Shown piece by piece: positions 45,548 to 54,847 of a stretch of 64,000 nt of DNA. The stretch comes from Myxococcota bacterium (lineage in GTDB: Bacteria > Myxococcota_A > Polyangia > Polyangiales > Houyiibacteriaceae): contig JBCCEA010000006.1 in NCBI GenBank assembly GCA_039030515.1, positions 1-64,000 on the forward strand, read 5' to 3'. The position numbers and the translations under genes are program-made. Numbering within the stretch: position 1 is the first letter of the stretch; each line of letters begins with the position of its first letter. Under the pieces are notes generated by a model. That model was not told where the DNA came from, ran no database searches, and saw only the letters and a program-made list of their open reading frames with translations.

Positions 45548-47653
45548 ATGGGAGAAGATCCCCGAGAGCGCCAAGCTTTGGAGCGCACGGAACGTTTGTC
45601 CGAAAAACGTTTGATCGCCGGCAAGTACGAGCTTGGTCGACTCCTGGGTGAAGGCGGTATGGGGGCCGTCTATGAAGGATTTCACCGCGGTCTCGGTTCC
45701 TTTGTTGCCGTAAAGATCCTAGGTGCACACATTTCATCAAACCCGACGTCGGTAGAGCGCTTTCGGCGTGAGGCTCAGGCGGCGGCACGGGTTAGACACG
45801 ACAATGTCGTGCAAGTTTATGACACGGGCACCGACGATGAAGGGGTTCCCTTTATTGTCATGGAGTATCTCGACGGGGAGAGTCTTAGCGCCATTCTCAC
45901 TCGAGAGCGGCGTCTTTCGTCTGAAACAGCCTGCACGGTAGCCGCGCAAATACTCAGCGGTCTCGCTGCGGCTCATGAGCAAGGGGTGGTTCATCGCGAT
46001 CTAAAGCCTCCCAACATCTTCATCTGCCACACCAGTGACGGAATCGATCGGGTGAAGATTTTGGACTTCGGCATTTCCAAGATCGGTGGCTCCTCGGTGC
46101 AGTTGACCGCTGATGGCGGCATGGTGGGTACTCCTCACTACATGGCGCCCGAACAAGTGCGGGCCGCAAAAGATGTCGATCATCGTGCAGACATCTACGC
46201 GGTGGGGGTTTTGCTGTACCGGATGGTGACTGGATCTCAGCCCTATGCGTCTCGGGGAGGTCGTGAACTCTACGATCAAATCCTTGCCGGTGTGACGACC
46301 CCTCCATCTTTGCGTGTTTCCAACTTGAATGCGGAGTTAGAAGCTGTGATCCTCAGGGCTCTCGAAGCTGATCGCGGGCGTCGGTTTCAGGACGCGCGCA
46401 GTATGCGGACCGCGCTTTTCGATGCGATGCCCTCCCTGCCCCGACCTTCGTCGGTGTTTCCCAGCGGCACAGGAGATCTATTTCGATCGCATGCCAGGAC
46501 GTTGGGCGCGGCAGCGGATCATGTCGATAGTCGGCAAGATCGAACCGTGCCTCACCGCCCGTCTGCACTTCAGGCCCCTTGGGAACTAAAGGAAGATGGA
46601 GCTTACTCCGACGCCCCGCTCCCGGGCACTCCGATCGGAGCTCCTCGGAGTGTGGAGGCTACCCAGGGGCTCAAGTCTGCAGTCGCGCTCGCGGTTGTGG
46701 TTCTCGCGAGCGCGCTGGGCGTGTGGCTTCTTTATCGGGGGGCTACGGTTTCGCCCGCACGCGTCACGGGTGAATTGCAGAATGAGGATTCGATCGCGGT
46801 GTCCGGTCCACCACTTCGTTTCGGTTTGAGTCGATACATTCCGGAGCGCCAAGTGCGGCAGCGGCACGCCTCGGTGGCCCGGTATTTGGAAAGGACGTTG
46901 CGCCGTCCGGTCGTGATGGCGGTCGTGCCCGACTATCAGGACTTGGCCCAGAAAGTGACCGAGGGAGAGATCGATCTGGCGGCGCTCTCTCCCTACATCT
47001 ACGTCCAAGCCAGGCAGGAGGCGCCGACGCTTCGTTTGCTCGCCACTCCGGTGATGCGCGACAACGTCTCCTCGTACGAAGGGTACATCGTGACCCGCTC
47101 TAATTCCGACATACGACGACTTGAAGATCTTCGAGGCAAGGTCTTTTGCTACGTGAGCCCCACTTCTACCTCGGGGTACCTCTATCCCAGAGCGCTGCTC
47201 CGACGGGTGGGATTGCATCCAGATCGGGATTTCGCGGGCACCCGGCTTACGGGAGATCACATCTCCTCGCTACGCGCCCTTAGTGAAGGGGCCTGTGATG
47301 CGGCTGCTGCGTATGCGGATGCCGTCTTCTCAGCTCCCTCTCACGGAATGCACCGAGAGACGTTCCATATTTTGGCCAGCACCGACCGCATTCCGCTCGA
47401 TGCGTATGTCTCGCCCCCGGCGGTGGAGCCTGAACTCGCCAATGCATTGCGCGGCGCACTGCTCGCGCTCGTGCCAGGGAGTGAGCTTGCTCTGGAGGTG
47501 CTCGGTCAAAAGCATCGACTGCGAGGCTTTGTCGAAGCGGACGATGCTGATTACGACTCGGTCCGTGAGATCGAACGCTACCTGGTCGAGGAACGAGAAG
47601 ACGTTGCGGGCGATTGGACGCCCCCGAAGGTCTCTTCCGATGTGGAACGCTGA
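45548..47653 (+). CDS. Membrane Ser/Thr kinase with an extracytoplasmic PhnD-type (phosphate/phosphonate-binding) domain
   Basis: GEGGMG, VAVK, HRDLKPPN, DFG and APE; one TM; then DL.GK.F.Y....STSGYLYP, GDH and D.DYD.VR PhnD motifs. Confidence 0.9.
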   Translation: MGEDPRERQALERTERLSEKRLIAGKYELGRLLGEGGMGAVYEGFHRGLGSFVAVKILGAHISSNPTSVERFRREAQAAARVRHDNVVQVYDTGTDDEGVPFIVMEYLDGESLSAILTRERRLSSETACTVAAQILSGLAAAHEQGVVHRDLKPPNIFICHTSDGIDRVKILDFGISKIGGSSVQLTADGGMVGTPHYMAPEQVRAAKDVDHRADIYAVGVLLYRMVTGSQPYASRGGRELYDQILAGVTTPPSLRVSNLNAELEAVILRALEADRGRRFQDARSMRTALFDAMPSLPRPSSVFPSGTGDLFRSHARTLGAAADHVDSRQDRTVPHRPSALQAPWELKEDGAYSDAPLPGTPIGAPRSVEATQGLKSAVALAVVVLASALGVWLLYRGATVSPARVTGELQNEDSIAVSGPPLRFGLSRYIPERQVRQRHASVARYLERTLRRPVVMAVVPDYQDLAQKVTEGEIDLAALSPYIYVQARQEAPTLRLLATPVMRDNVSSYEGYIVTRSNSDIRRLEDLRGKVFCYVSPTSTSGYLYPRALLRRVGLHPDRDFAGTRLTGDHISSLRALSEGACDAAAAYADAVFSAPSHGMHRETFHILASTDRIPLDAYVSPPAVEPELANALRGALLALVPGSELALEVLGQKHRLRGFVEADDADYDSVREIERYLVEEREDVAGDWTPPKVSSDVER

Positions 47654-47674
47654 GCACGTTCTGACTAGCGTCCG

Positions 47675-50089
47675 CTAGATAGCGCGTCGCTTCGGGGTAT
47701 AAAAAGAGAGCGAGGCTGGCAGAAGGACGAGCTCGGCGATGAGCGCGGTCGCGATCGCTACCGTGGACAATTCTCCAAAGAGCCGGATCGGTACGAAAGA
47801 GCTTGTCGAAAGTGCGGCGAAACCCAGGACGAGCGTTGCCGACGATAGGACTACGGCTGGACCACTCCCTCTGAAAGTGGATTTGAGAGGGTCGTCTGAG
47901 GGGGCGCGAAGTTCCTCTCGAAAACGCGTGATCAAATGAATCGTGCCGTCGACTGCAAGGCCTAGGGTGACGGCAAAGACGATCACGGTGGACGCTCCAG
48001 CAGGAATCTGCCTCCAGCTCATCCAAGCTAAGGTGACCGCAAGCGGGGCCAGATTGGGTAGCAGGCTCAAAGCGCCCAGAGTCAGGCTTCGGAAAAGCAA
48101 AGTCAGCACTGCGAAGACCACCAAGACCGCGATTAGGAAACCAAACGCCAGGTCTTCGACAACCATCTGAAGTCCAATCGAGGTTTGGTACGCTTCTCCA
48201 AAGACACGGGTTTGCGCTCCGTGAAGGTTGATCTCCATCTGCCGAATCTTTGTGACGAGCTGCATGACCTCGCTTTGTCCAACGTCCGGTAGATGTATGG
48301 TGAGTCTGCTGTGCGACCCGTCAGCGGACACAAAGCGACTCTGAATCGATTCAGCACCACCCAGCAGATCGTAGAGTGCCTTGATCTGCTCGGAGTTTTG
48401 GAATGGCGAGGCTACCGAGCTCTTGCCGTGCAGCACCGTCCATGCCTCCTCGATCCAATCATGTGGACCGAGCACTCTTGGTCTGAGGGGATCTGCCTCA
48501 AGCTTCTGAGAGAAGTGCTCAAGAGCTTGCATGCCCTGTGTCGACAGGAAGGTGCCCGCGTTTGCGTCGAGTCGAACTTCAAGCCTCCGAATCCCTCCAA
48601 ATTCGCGATCGATCAGGGTTGCGGCCTCGGAAGTTGCGGTGTGCTCGTCGAATTGATCTAAGAGTTTGCTTTCCATCGATACGTTTCGACCGGTTCCCCA
48701 GCAGACCAGGAGGATCAAGAGCGAAACGACGAGAACGGAGAAGCGGTAGCGACGGGACACGTCGGCAATGCGCGCGCAGTAGGCTGCCAGCCGAAACCGA
48801 TCTCTCTTGATGGAGTTGGCGCTGCGCTTTTGGCCCACTTGAAGCAGGGCTGCGGGAATGAACAGAACCGTGATCACGTATCCGACCATCACGCCGCCCG
48901 CGGCGAGTGTGCCTAGGTTGTGAAGGGTGGCCGTTCTGCTGGTCCAAAGCGAGGCAAAGCCGATCGCCGTTGTCACCGAAGTGATCAAACAGGCTAGGGC
49001 CATTTTCTTCATCGTCGTGATCGCCGCTTCCACGGAGGGACGACCTTGCTCCTCATAGAATCGAGTCAGCAAATGAACTGCATCGCTGAGCCCTACCGTG
49101 ATCAGTAAAGGAGGCACTATGTTGTTGACGAGATCGATCGGAACCCCGGTCCAACCCATCAATCCCATGACAAAAGATAGGGTAAGCCCCGAGGCCGCAA
49201 GGGGTAAGAGCACTCCAGCTGCGCTTTGGAAACCCAAGAGCAGGATCGCGATACTGCCGAGGGCCGACAAGCATGCCAGCTTTATGGGCTCAGAAAGCAG
49301 CGTTTTCTGTAGAGAACGCCGCATCTGAGCAAGCCCGGTCACATGAACGTGCATGCTTGCGGGGAGTCGAAAGCCGGCGATCATGGTTTCGAGCGCATCC
49401 ACCGCGCGGGAACGCTGCGCCTCATCCGAGGTCTCCAGGTGAACAGCGAGCAGGGTGTGCTTGCGGTCAGCCGAAAGCAGCATCTTGGAGAGGAGTCGCG
49501 ATGTGGAAGCGGCCTGACGGACGGTGTCCCGCTCGGACTCCGTTGGCGTTTCGCCTGCGACCAGCGCCGTGCTTTCTAGTCTTCCGCCCACGTGCGCCGC
49601 GATCGACATCAAGCCTCGGGGAAATGCGGCCGGAGTGCTTTCTACCAGTCGCATGAGCGCGTGCTGCAGTCGGTCTGCTTCGTTTTGAGCGACGTCGTCG
49701 TCGAGGACCGTGGCGAGCTCTTCCAGAGTCTCGGGGCGGTGCGCCGCAGCGTGCGGGTAGGGTATGGTTGTGAGTCCGTCTACCCGTCTCACGAATGCAT
49801 GCCGCTCGATCGAACGTGTAAGACGGTGGAGGGTGTCTAACGCTCGATCGTGCAGCACATGAGGCGCTTCCAGGACGACGAGGATCGGCTCCTCCGACGG
49901 ACCAAATATCTGCTCTGTACTTGTAATTAGTTCGGCTGCTTCATCTCCCATGGGCACAAGATCTTGCGGGTTGAAGCGAGCGGAAAGTCGCAAAGCACCA
50001 AGGCCGCAGACTCCTGCACACACAGATAGCGCGATCAGAGCTTTTTGCCGCCGGAGTAGGAGCCCTCGCGCTACGCGATCAAAGTCCAT
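47675..50089 (-). CDS. MMPL/RND-superfamily lipid transporter
   Basis: Two repeats with GLSDAVHL / GLAVDGTIHL and TSVTTAIGF / SSATLVLGF; ATG 50089 overlaps the end of the Rieske gene. Confidence 0.88.
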   Translation of the reverse strand: MDFDRVARGLLLRRQKALIALSVCAGVCGLGALRLSARFNPQDLVPMGDEAAELITSTEQIFGPSEEPILVVLEAPHVLHDRALDTLHRLTRSIERHAFVRRVDGLTTIPYPHAAAHRPETLEELATVLDDDVAQNEADRLQHALMRLVESTPAAFPRGLMSIAAHVGGRLESTALVAGETPTESERDTVRQAASTSRLLSKMLLSADRKHTLLAVHLETSDEAQRSRAVDALETMIAGFRLPASMHVHVTGLAQMRRSLQKTLLSEPIKLACLSALGSIAILLLGFQSAAGVLLPLAASGLTLSFVMGLMGWTGVPIDLVNNIVPPLLITVGLSDAVHLLTRFYEEQGRPSVEAAITTMKKMALACLITSVTTAIGFASLWTSRTATLHNLGTLAAGGVMVGYVITVLFIPAALLQVGQKRSANSIKRDRFRLAAYCARIADVSRRYRFSVLVVSLLILLVCWGTGRNVSMESKLLDQFDEHTATSEAATLIDREFGGIRRLEVRLDANAGTFLSTQGMQALEHFSQKLEADPLRPRVLGPHDWIEEAWTVLHGKSSVASPFQNSEQIKALYDLLGGAESIQSRFVSADGSHSRLTIHLPDVGQSEVMQLVTKIRQMEINLHGAQTRVFGEAYQTSIGLQMVVEDLAFGFLIAVLVVFAVLTLLFRSLTLGALSLLPNLAPLAVTLAWMSWRQIPAGASTVIVFAVTLGLAVDGTIHLITRFREELRAPSDDPLKSTFRGSGPAVVLSSATLVLGFAALSTSSFVPIRLFGELSTVAIATALIAELVLLPASLSFYTPKRRAI

Positions 50090-51098
50090 CGGTAGTCGGA
50101 GAGGTCGTCTCTGCTCTATTCGAGGCAGATGCGCGTTTTTTTCCGGTCCGCAGCTGATAGCGGCGTTCGGCGTACGCGATGTCGTCGATCCAGAGGAGGC
50201 GCGCACGTCTCTTGATGAATGGCTCCAGCAGTCCCCCGGCGTACTCTGCGATTCGAAAGCCCATCCGCTCGGAGGTCGCAAAGGTGACTTCCGTAACCAT
50301 CGTGCGACCCTCATCGATCGGCGTCGCATGGGTACTGACGATCGAGCCTTTCCCTTCTCCCGCGACAATAGTCATCACGATCGAATTGCGTTCTGGAGAA
50401 TGGAAGCGAGCATCGACTTCCACACAAAAGGGTCCAAAAGCCCGGTAGGCAACGCGAAGCACGACCTCGTCTTTGCTTTGTTCGAGCACGTTCAGATCGG
50501 CAAAGCTATGCGGATGGTAGTGAACCCCGTGCCAGGGATCGAGACGGTTTGCTACGATATCCAGCGGTTCACATTGCGCCTCCATGCGAATCACCGCTTC
50601 GATTCCATGTTTCGGGCGTTCAGCCTGAATCGGTGCATCGGTTGGCTGTTCCGCGGGTGCGAGACGGATCCAGACCAAGACACCATCGTCGTGGCAGGGA
50701 TAGGGGCGCCAGGTTCCGTGTCCCTGAGGTCCCAATTCAAGGCCGTGCCATGGACAGCGCAACTTCCCGTTGTGTACCGATGCGCAAGAGAGATCGGCCC
50801 CCATGTGGGGGCAGGCTGCGGGGGCGGCGTGCACTCCATCTCTAGAGCGCCAGAGCACGACTTCTTGGCCGTCAATCCTATGAGAACGCGGCACTTGGCC
50901 CACTTCCGAACTGACGTCCGCTACCCACCAGCCTCCGGACGAGCGCTTTTGAGAACACGCAAGTGCGCGATCGATCCAGCTTGGGTCTGCTTGTTTCCAG
51001 TCCGGTTCTAGACGTGGATTTTTTAGTTTAGGCAGTCGCGCACCAATGGGGATGTTCTTGCGAGAGAAAAGACCTGCTAGGGGGGAGGCTCGGTTCAT
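50079..51098 (-). CDS. crtV: Rieske [2Fe-2S]/DUF5914 protein of carotenoid clusters (CrtV-like)
   Basis: CPHMGA..CPWHG Rieske ligands, ANRLDPWHG..YHPHSF and LWIDDIAYAERRY; crt cluster context. Confidence 0.75.
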   Translation of the reverse strand: MNRASPLAGLFSRKNIPIGARLPKLKNPRLEPDWKQADPSWIDRALACSQKRSSGGWWVADVSSEVGQVPRSHRIDGQEVVLWRSRDGVHAAPAACPHMGADLSCASVHNGKLRCPWHGLELGPQGHGTWRPYPCHDDGVLVWIRLAPAEQPTDAPIQAERPKHGIEAVIRMEAQCEPLDIVANRLDPWHGVHYHPHSFADLNVLEQSKDEVVLRVAYRAFGPFCVEVDARFHSPERNSIVMTIVAGEGKGSIVSTHATPIDEGRTMVTEVTFATSERMGFRIAEYAGGLLEPFIKRRARLLWIDDIAYAERRYQLRTGKKRASASNRAETTSPTTDGL

Positions 51099-52363
51099 GA
51101 TGGGTACCAGACCTTTCTTGAATAGATCGCCTCAGACACGAAAGGAAGCAGAGGCAGGGCCCTCATGACCTTTGCGATGTCTCTGAGACTGGGGGTCTCT
51201 GAGAGAAAGCGCAGGAGTGGGGCGGTCGGGGTGTGGTCGAACAGGCGAACGAAAATCTCAGGAGCGGTTTCCGGTCGACGGATCAGATAGCTCAGGAAGA
51301 TCACGTCCAGCGTATGCAGTATGCGTGTATTAAGTTCTGGTATCACATTACCCAGAGAGTCGCGGCTACCCAGAGAGTCGCGGCTACCCAGAGAGTCTCG
51401 GCTACCCAGAGAGTCTCGGCTGCCCAGGGACATGCGAGTTCCTGCTCTACTCCACCTAAGGGATCCATCAGGCTGCACGAAACGGGCAATAGCTGCAGAC
51501 TGACGCTGAATATTCAGGAACGCGTACCCGGTTGAAGGGCGGATCATGCCGCCGGCGATCCCGAGGTAGCGGATGTTCTCTGAGGGGGTACGCTCAAAAC
51601 CCGCAGCCATCGGTAGGACCCCCTGCTCTTTGCGGAGAATCTCATAGCCCCCAGGTATGTTCTCTAGAAAAGCCTCTAACGCTCTCTCGTACGTACTTGC
51701 GGGAAGTGGCGCTGCAGAAAAATAGGTGTCTTCGATCAGCGCCTCCTTGGGACCAAAGGGTAAAACGTAGGTAAAATGGATGCCGTCGCGTTGGGAGCAA
51801 CGAAAGTCCATCAGTGTCACGTGATCAGGATCGAAATACGCCCGATCGGTCCGCACGTGCCAACCATGGAAATGCTGCAGTAAAAAGTCTTTTTTATTGC
51901 ACTTGCTCTGAATATATTCCCAGGAAGGTGGGCGGGCATCAAATACGTGGTTGGCACGTAGCTCGCCTTGATCGGTTTGGATGCACACGTAGTCACCTCG
52001 GTCTTCGCACGAAGAAACCCGAACCCCCATGTGTAGCGGCAGCCCCTGGGGTCGATCGAGTTTGGACTGTGCATGCGCGTAAAATGTGGCCGCGGGTATG
52101 TACTCGTACGGTTGATCCAAAAGGGAGCGCCTGACCGTCCGCTCTGGCCCGGCCACCTCGAGATGGTGCCAGCGATGACCTACACACTCTTCGAACGGAT
52201 GGCGCAAAGATCGAAAATAACACCAGGTACGGTCGTGCTCGAACTGTGAGCGCGATTCCAAGATGACGGCTCTGCCTCCGTCAAAGCCCCGCCCTAGAAG
52301 ATGCACGCCAAGACTCAGTCCAGAGCAGCCCCCGCCGATGATTGCAACCTCAACGTCGGTCAA
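51095..52363 (-). CDS. crtY: Lycopene beta-cyclase
   Basis: IIGGGCSGLS, DRTWC, LMDFR, FTYVLP, E.GVLPM and G..GG...PSTGYAF. Confidence 0.85.
   Translation of the reverse strand: MTDVEVAIIGGGCSGLSLGVHLLGRGFDGGRAVILESRSQFEHDRTWCYFRSLRHPFEECVGHRWHHLEVAGPERTVRRSLLDQPYEYIPAATFYAHAQSKLDRPQGLPLHMGVRVSSCEDRGDYVCIQTDQGELRANHVFDARPPSWEYIQSKCNKKDFLLQHFHGWHVRTDRAYFDPDHVTLMDFRCSQRDGIHFTYVLPFGPKEALIEDTYFSAAPLPASTYERALEAFLENIPGGYEILRKEQGVLPMAAGFERTPSENIRYLGIAGGMIRPSTGYAFLNIQRQSAAIARFVQPDGSLRWSRAGTRMSLGSRDSLGSRDSLGSRDSLGSRDSLGNVIPELNTRILHTLDVIFLSYLIRRPETAPEIFVRLFDHTPTAPLLRFLSETPSLRDIAKVMRALPLLPFVSEAIYSRKVWYPS
51349..51430. repeat. 18-bp in-frame tandem repeat x4.5 in crtY (encodes SLGSRD)
   Basis: TACCCAGAGAGTC(G/T)CGGC at 51349, 51367, 51385 and 51403, partial at 51421. 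Confidence 0.95.
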
Positions 52364-52406
52364 CTGGGCTTCCGAGGTCTGACACGCTGGCGGGTCATAG
52401 GGATCC

Positions 52407-53963
52407 TTAGGCTGCGCGAACCATACCGGCGAGCATGCCTCTCGGTGGAACGCTGAATAAAGCCTCCTCTTTGACTTCGAGTCTTCGAAGAAGTTGGTTT
52501 GCCGCCATCATTCCTGAGGCGACCGCTCGCTCCATAAGCGCGCACGGAAAAGGCATTCGAACAAAGTCACCTGCGAGCATGAGTCCATCGATCCCAGACT
52601 CAACGGATGGGCGATGCCGGTGGCTACCGGGTTGAAAAGCCGGGCAGTCCCGGCGAATGATCAGTCGCTCGTCGTGGATGATCGCTTCGCGCAGCTCTGG
52701 ATAAAGCTGCCTGCAGCGCTCGAGGAGCTCCTCCCGAATTGAGGCCGGAGCGCGCGAGGGATCGACCCCATACGCATGGAGCTCCACAACCGATCCACCT
52801 CGGGCATGGCTCCACTTTCGACTCTCGTCTTCGAGGCGCTCAAACAGACTGATGTTGTCTAAAATGCCCGCATCGGCGGTTCCGGCAAAAGGTGCCCTCG
52901 AAGGATCGCAGGGGCGGTCTGTCCACAGCCGAAGCACGGCAAAAGGCCAGGTAACCTCCAGTGAATTCACTGAGCGAACGAGGTGATCGCTGGCGAGACC
53001 GGGAGAATCGTCGATGAGGCGTTTGAGGCCGTCCACGTGGAGCGCAAGGACGATGCCGTCGTAGTTCTTTTTGCCGCGGGTCGTCACCGCTTGAAATCCG
53101 CTTTGGGTTTTTTCGAGCTGCTGCACCGTTTCCCCAGCGCGAATCTGTACGTTCAAGGCTTCAAGATAGCGCTGCAGTGGACCGAAGATCGCGCGATCAA
53201 AGGGTTTGTCGAGCACGTCGAACACCAGGCCCTCAGGGTTTCCGACGAAATAAAAATGGAACATGGCGAGCAGCTCGGCGGCCGAATAGTGCGGCTCCGG
53301 ATTGAAAAACGAATGACTGAACACATCGAAAAGCATGCGTCTCGCGTCGGGCGGAAAGCGCAGCCCGTCCAAATAGTCGCGCGCGCTCATATGATCGAAG
53401 CGCGCATAGGTGGTTTCTGGATCGAACTGAAGCATCGCGAGTGCGCGGTCGGAGCGGATGCGGAGCAGATCTCTCAAGGTGAGGGTAGGAGTGCGCCACA
53501 TGAGCGATAAAAAGTTAAAGGGCGTTTGCTTTGGAATTCCCGAGAAACTCTGGGTCATTCCGCCCGGAGCGATCAGCGGGTAGTCTTGCATCGGAACGAG
53601 GGATTCCTCCCCATTGAAGCGACGCATCAGTGCTCTCAGATTGTAGTATTGCCTAAAGAATGCATGAAACCCCCGTTCCATCGAGAACTGGGTGCCGTCC
53701 TTGAGTTCGTCCTTCCACGCACCGAGGCGTCCACCCAGCACCTCCTCTTTTTCAAAAACCTCCACTTCGACTCCGCGTTCTGCGAGCACAGTGGCTGCGG
53801 CGAGTCCCGCAAGACCTCCCCCGATGATCGCAATGCGATGCCCCTCAGGTGCCCGCGATCTTGTAGCGGAGTGGGTATGCGGCACTTTTTGAGGTGTCTT
53901 GTGATGTTCCGGGGAGAAGAAAGGGAAGGTTCCGCTCAGCTTTTGCGCAAGACGGTTACGCAT
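52407..53963 (-). CDS. crtU: Carotenoid phi-ring synthase (isorenieratene synthase-like FAD oxidoreductase)
   Basis: IIGGGLAGLAAA, LGGR, RGFHAFFRQYYNLR, GSVVELHAY and ALMERA; ATG 53963 overlaps the crtT end. Confidence 0.82.
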   Translation of the reverse strand: MRNRLAQKLSGTFPFFSPEHHKTPQKVPHTHSATRSRAPEGHRIAIIGGGLAGLAAATVLAERGVEVEVFEKEEVLGGRLGAWKDELKDGTQFSMERGFHAFFRQYYNLRALMRRFNGEESLVPMQDYPLIAPGGMTQSFSGIPKQTPFNFLSLMWRTPTLTLRDLLRIRSDRALAMLQFDPETTYARFDHMSARDYLDGLRFPPDARRMLFDVFSHSFFNPEPHYSAAELLAMFHFYFVGNPEGLVFDVLDKPFDRAIFGPLQRYLEALNVQIRAGETVQQLEKTQSGFQAVTTRGKKNYDGIVLALHVDGLKRLIDDSPGLASDHLVRSVNSLEVTWPFAVLRLWTDRPCDPSRAPFAGTADAGILDNISLFERLEDESRKWSHARGGSVVELHAYGVDPSRAPASIREELLERCRQLYPELREAIIHDERLIIRRDCPAFQPGSHRHRPSVESGIDGLMLAGDFVRMPFPCALMERAVASGMMAANQLLRRLEVKEEALFSVPPRGMLAGMVRAA

Positions 53964-54846
53964 CGGACGCTCCTGCCCGATCCGCTCCGGATCTCGCCTC
54001 CTTGCCGCCGATCTCGTCGCTAGGGCACGGTGTGATCTCAGCGCTCGGGCACGGTGTGATCTCATCGCTAGGGCACGGTGTGATCTCATCGCTAGGGCAC
54101 GGTGTGATCTCATCGCTAGGGCACGGTGTGATCTCAGCGCTCGGGCGCTGGGCAACGAAAGAATGCAGAATGCCCCGCTGCCATCCCTTCATCGGGTGGG
54201 TTCGTACGCGTACAAAACCCGCTCGCGAGAGCCGCTTTTCAAACTCCAAAACCGAATCGAATTCAAAGACGCTGCGGCGAAGATAGCGATAGATCTCGGT
54301 CGTTCCTGCAGTGAGAGCGCCACCTGGGATGATGATCCCGGCGGTCACCGCGTTCCACACGAGCTTGCTTCGTATACTCCCAGCAACGCTGTATTCATGA
54401 AAGCAAATCCTGCCTTCAGGTTGCAATATTGTACGGATTCCCTCCAGGCATCGATCCATATTCGGCACGTTGCGAATCCCGTACGCCATAAGGACTCCGT
54501 CGAAAGGGCCGTGGATACCTGCGGCTCCAAGGTCCATGGCGTTGCCCACTACGAAGCGAGCATGGGAGGCGATCGGTTTCGTCTTGGCGCGTTCGATCAT
54601 CTTTGCAGATGCGTCCACCCCGACAATCTCGGCGCCTGGATAAACAGAGTGTAGCGCCGCAGTGGAAGTGCCGGTGCCGCAGCAGAGATCGAGAACGCGG
54701 GCCCTCCTCGGCATACCCAACCTCTGCGCGCTCTGTCGTAAGTGTGCGCGATATCCAGGGTTCAGGCCGGTAAGCAGATCGTAGGTCGAGGCGATCCGAT
54801 CGAATTTGGAAGGCACTGCTGCCTTTGTTTTTGCATCAAGAGGCAT
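53956..54846 (-). CDS. crtT: UbiE/COQ5-like SAM-dependent methyltransferase (CrtT-like)
   Basis: FD.IA..YD, VLDLCCGTG, GVDAS, AYGIRN and GWQRGILHSF; crt cluster context. Confidence 0.75.
   Translation of the reverse strand: MPLDAKTKAAVPSKFDRIASTYDLLTGLNPGYRAHLRQSAQRLGMPRRARVLDLCCGTGTSTAALHSVYPGAEIVGVDASAKMIERAKTKPIASHARFVVGNAMDLGAAGIHGPFDGVLMAYGIRNVPNMDRCLEGIRTILQPEGRICFHEYSVAGSIRSKLVWNAVTAGIIIPGGALTAGTTEIYRYLRRSVFEFDSVLEFEKRLSRAGFVRVRTHPMKGWQRGILHSFVAQRPSAEITPCPSDEITPCPSDEITPCPSDEITPCPSAEITPCPSDEIGGKEARSGADRAGASDA
54010..54146. repeat. 24-bp tandem repeat x5.7 in the crtT 3' end (encodes PCPS[D/A]EIT)
   Basis: Consensus GATCTCATCGCTAGGGCACGGTGT at 54010, 54034, 54058, 54082 and 54106, partial at 54130. 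Confidence 0.95.
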
Positions 54847-54847
54847 G

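Noticed and set aside
50090..50368. N-terminal extension of the MMPL ORF
   Set aside because: It lies inside the Rieske gene; ATG 50089 precedes the first TM segment.
49950..51011. 353-aa plus-strand ORF and similar long overlapping ORFs
   Set aside because: They are antisense to well-supported genes, lack motifs, and are expected in GC-rich DNA.
53964..54155. Repetitive N-terminal extension of CrtU in the ORF track
   Set aside because: It is another reading frame of the 24-bp repeat in crtT; ATG 53963 gives a normal overlap.
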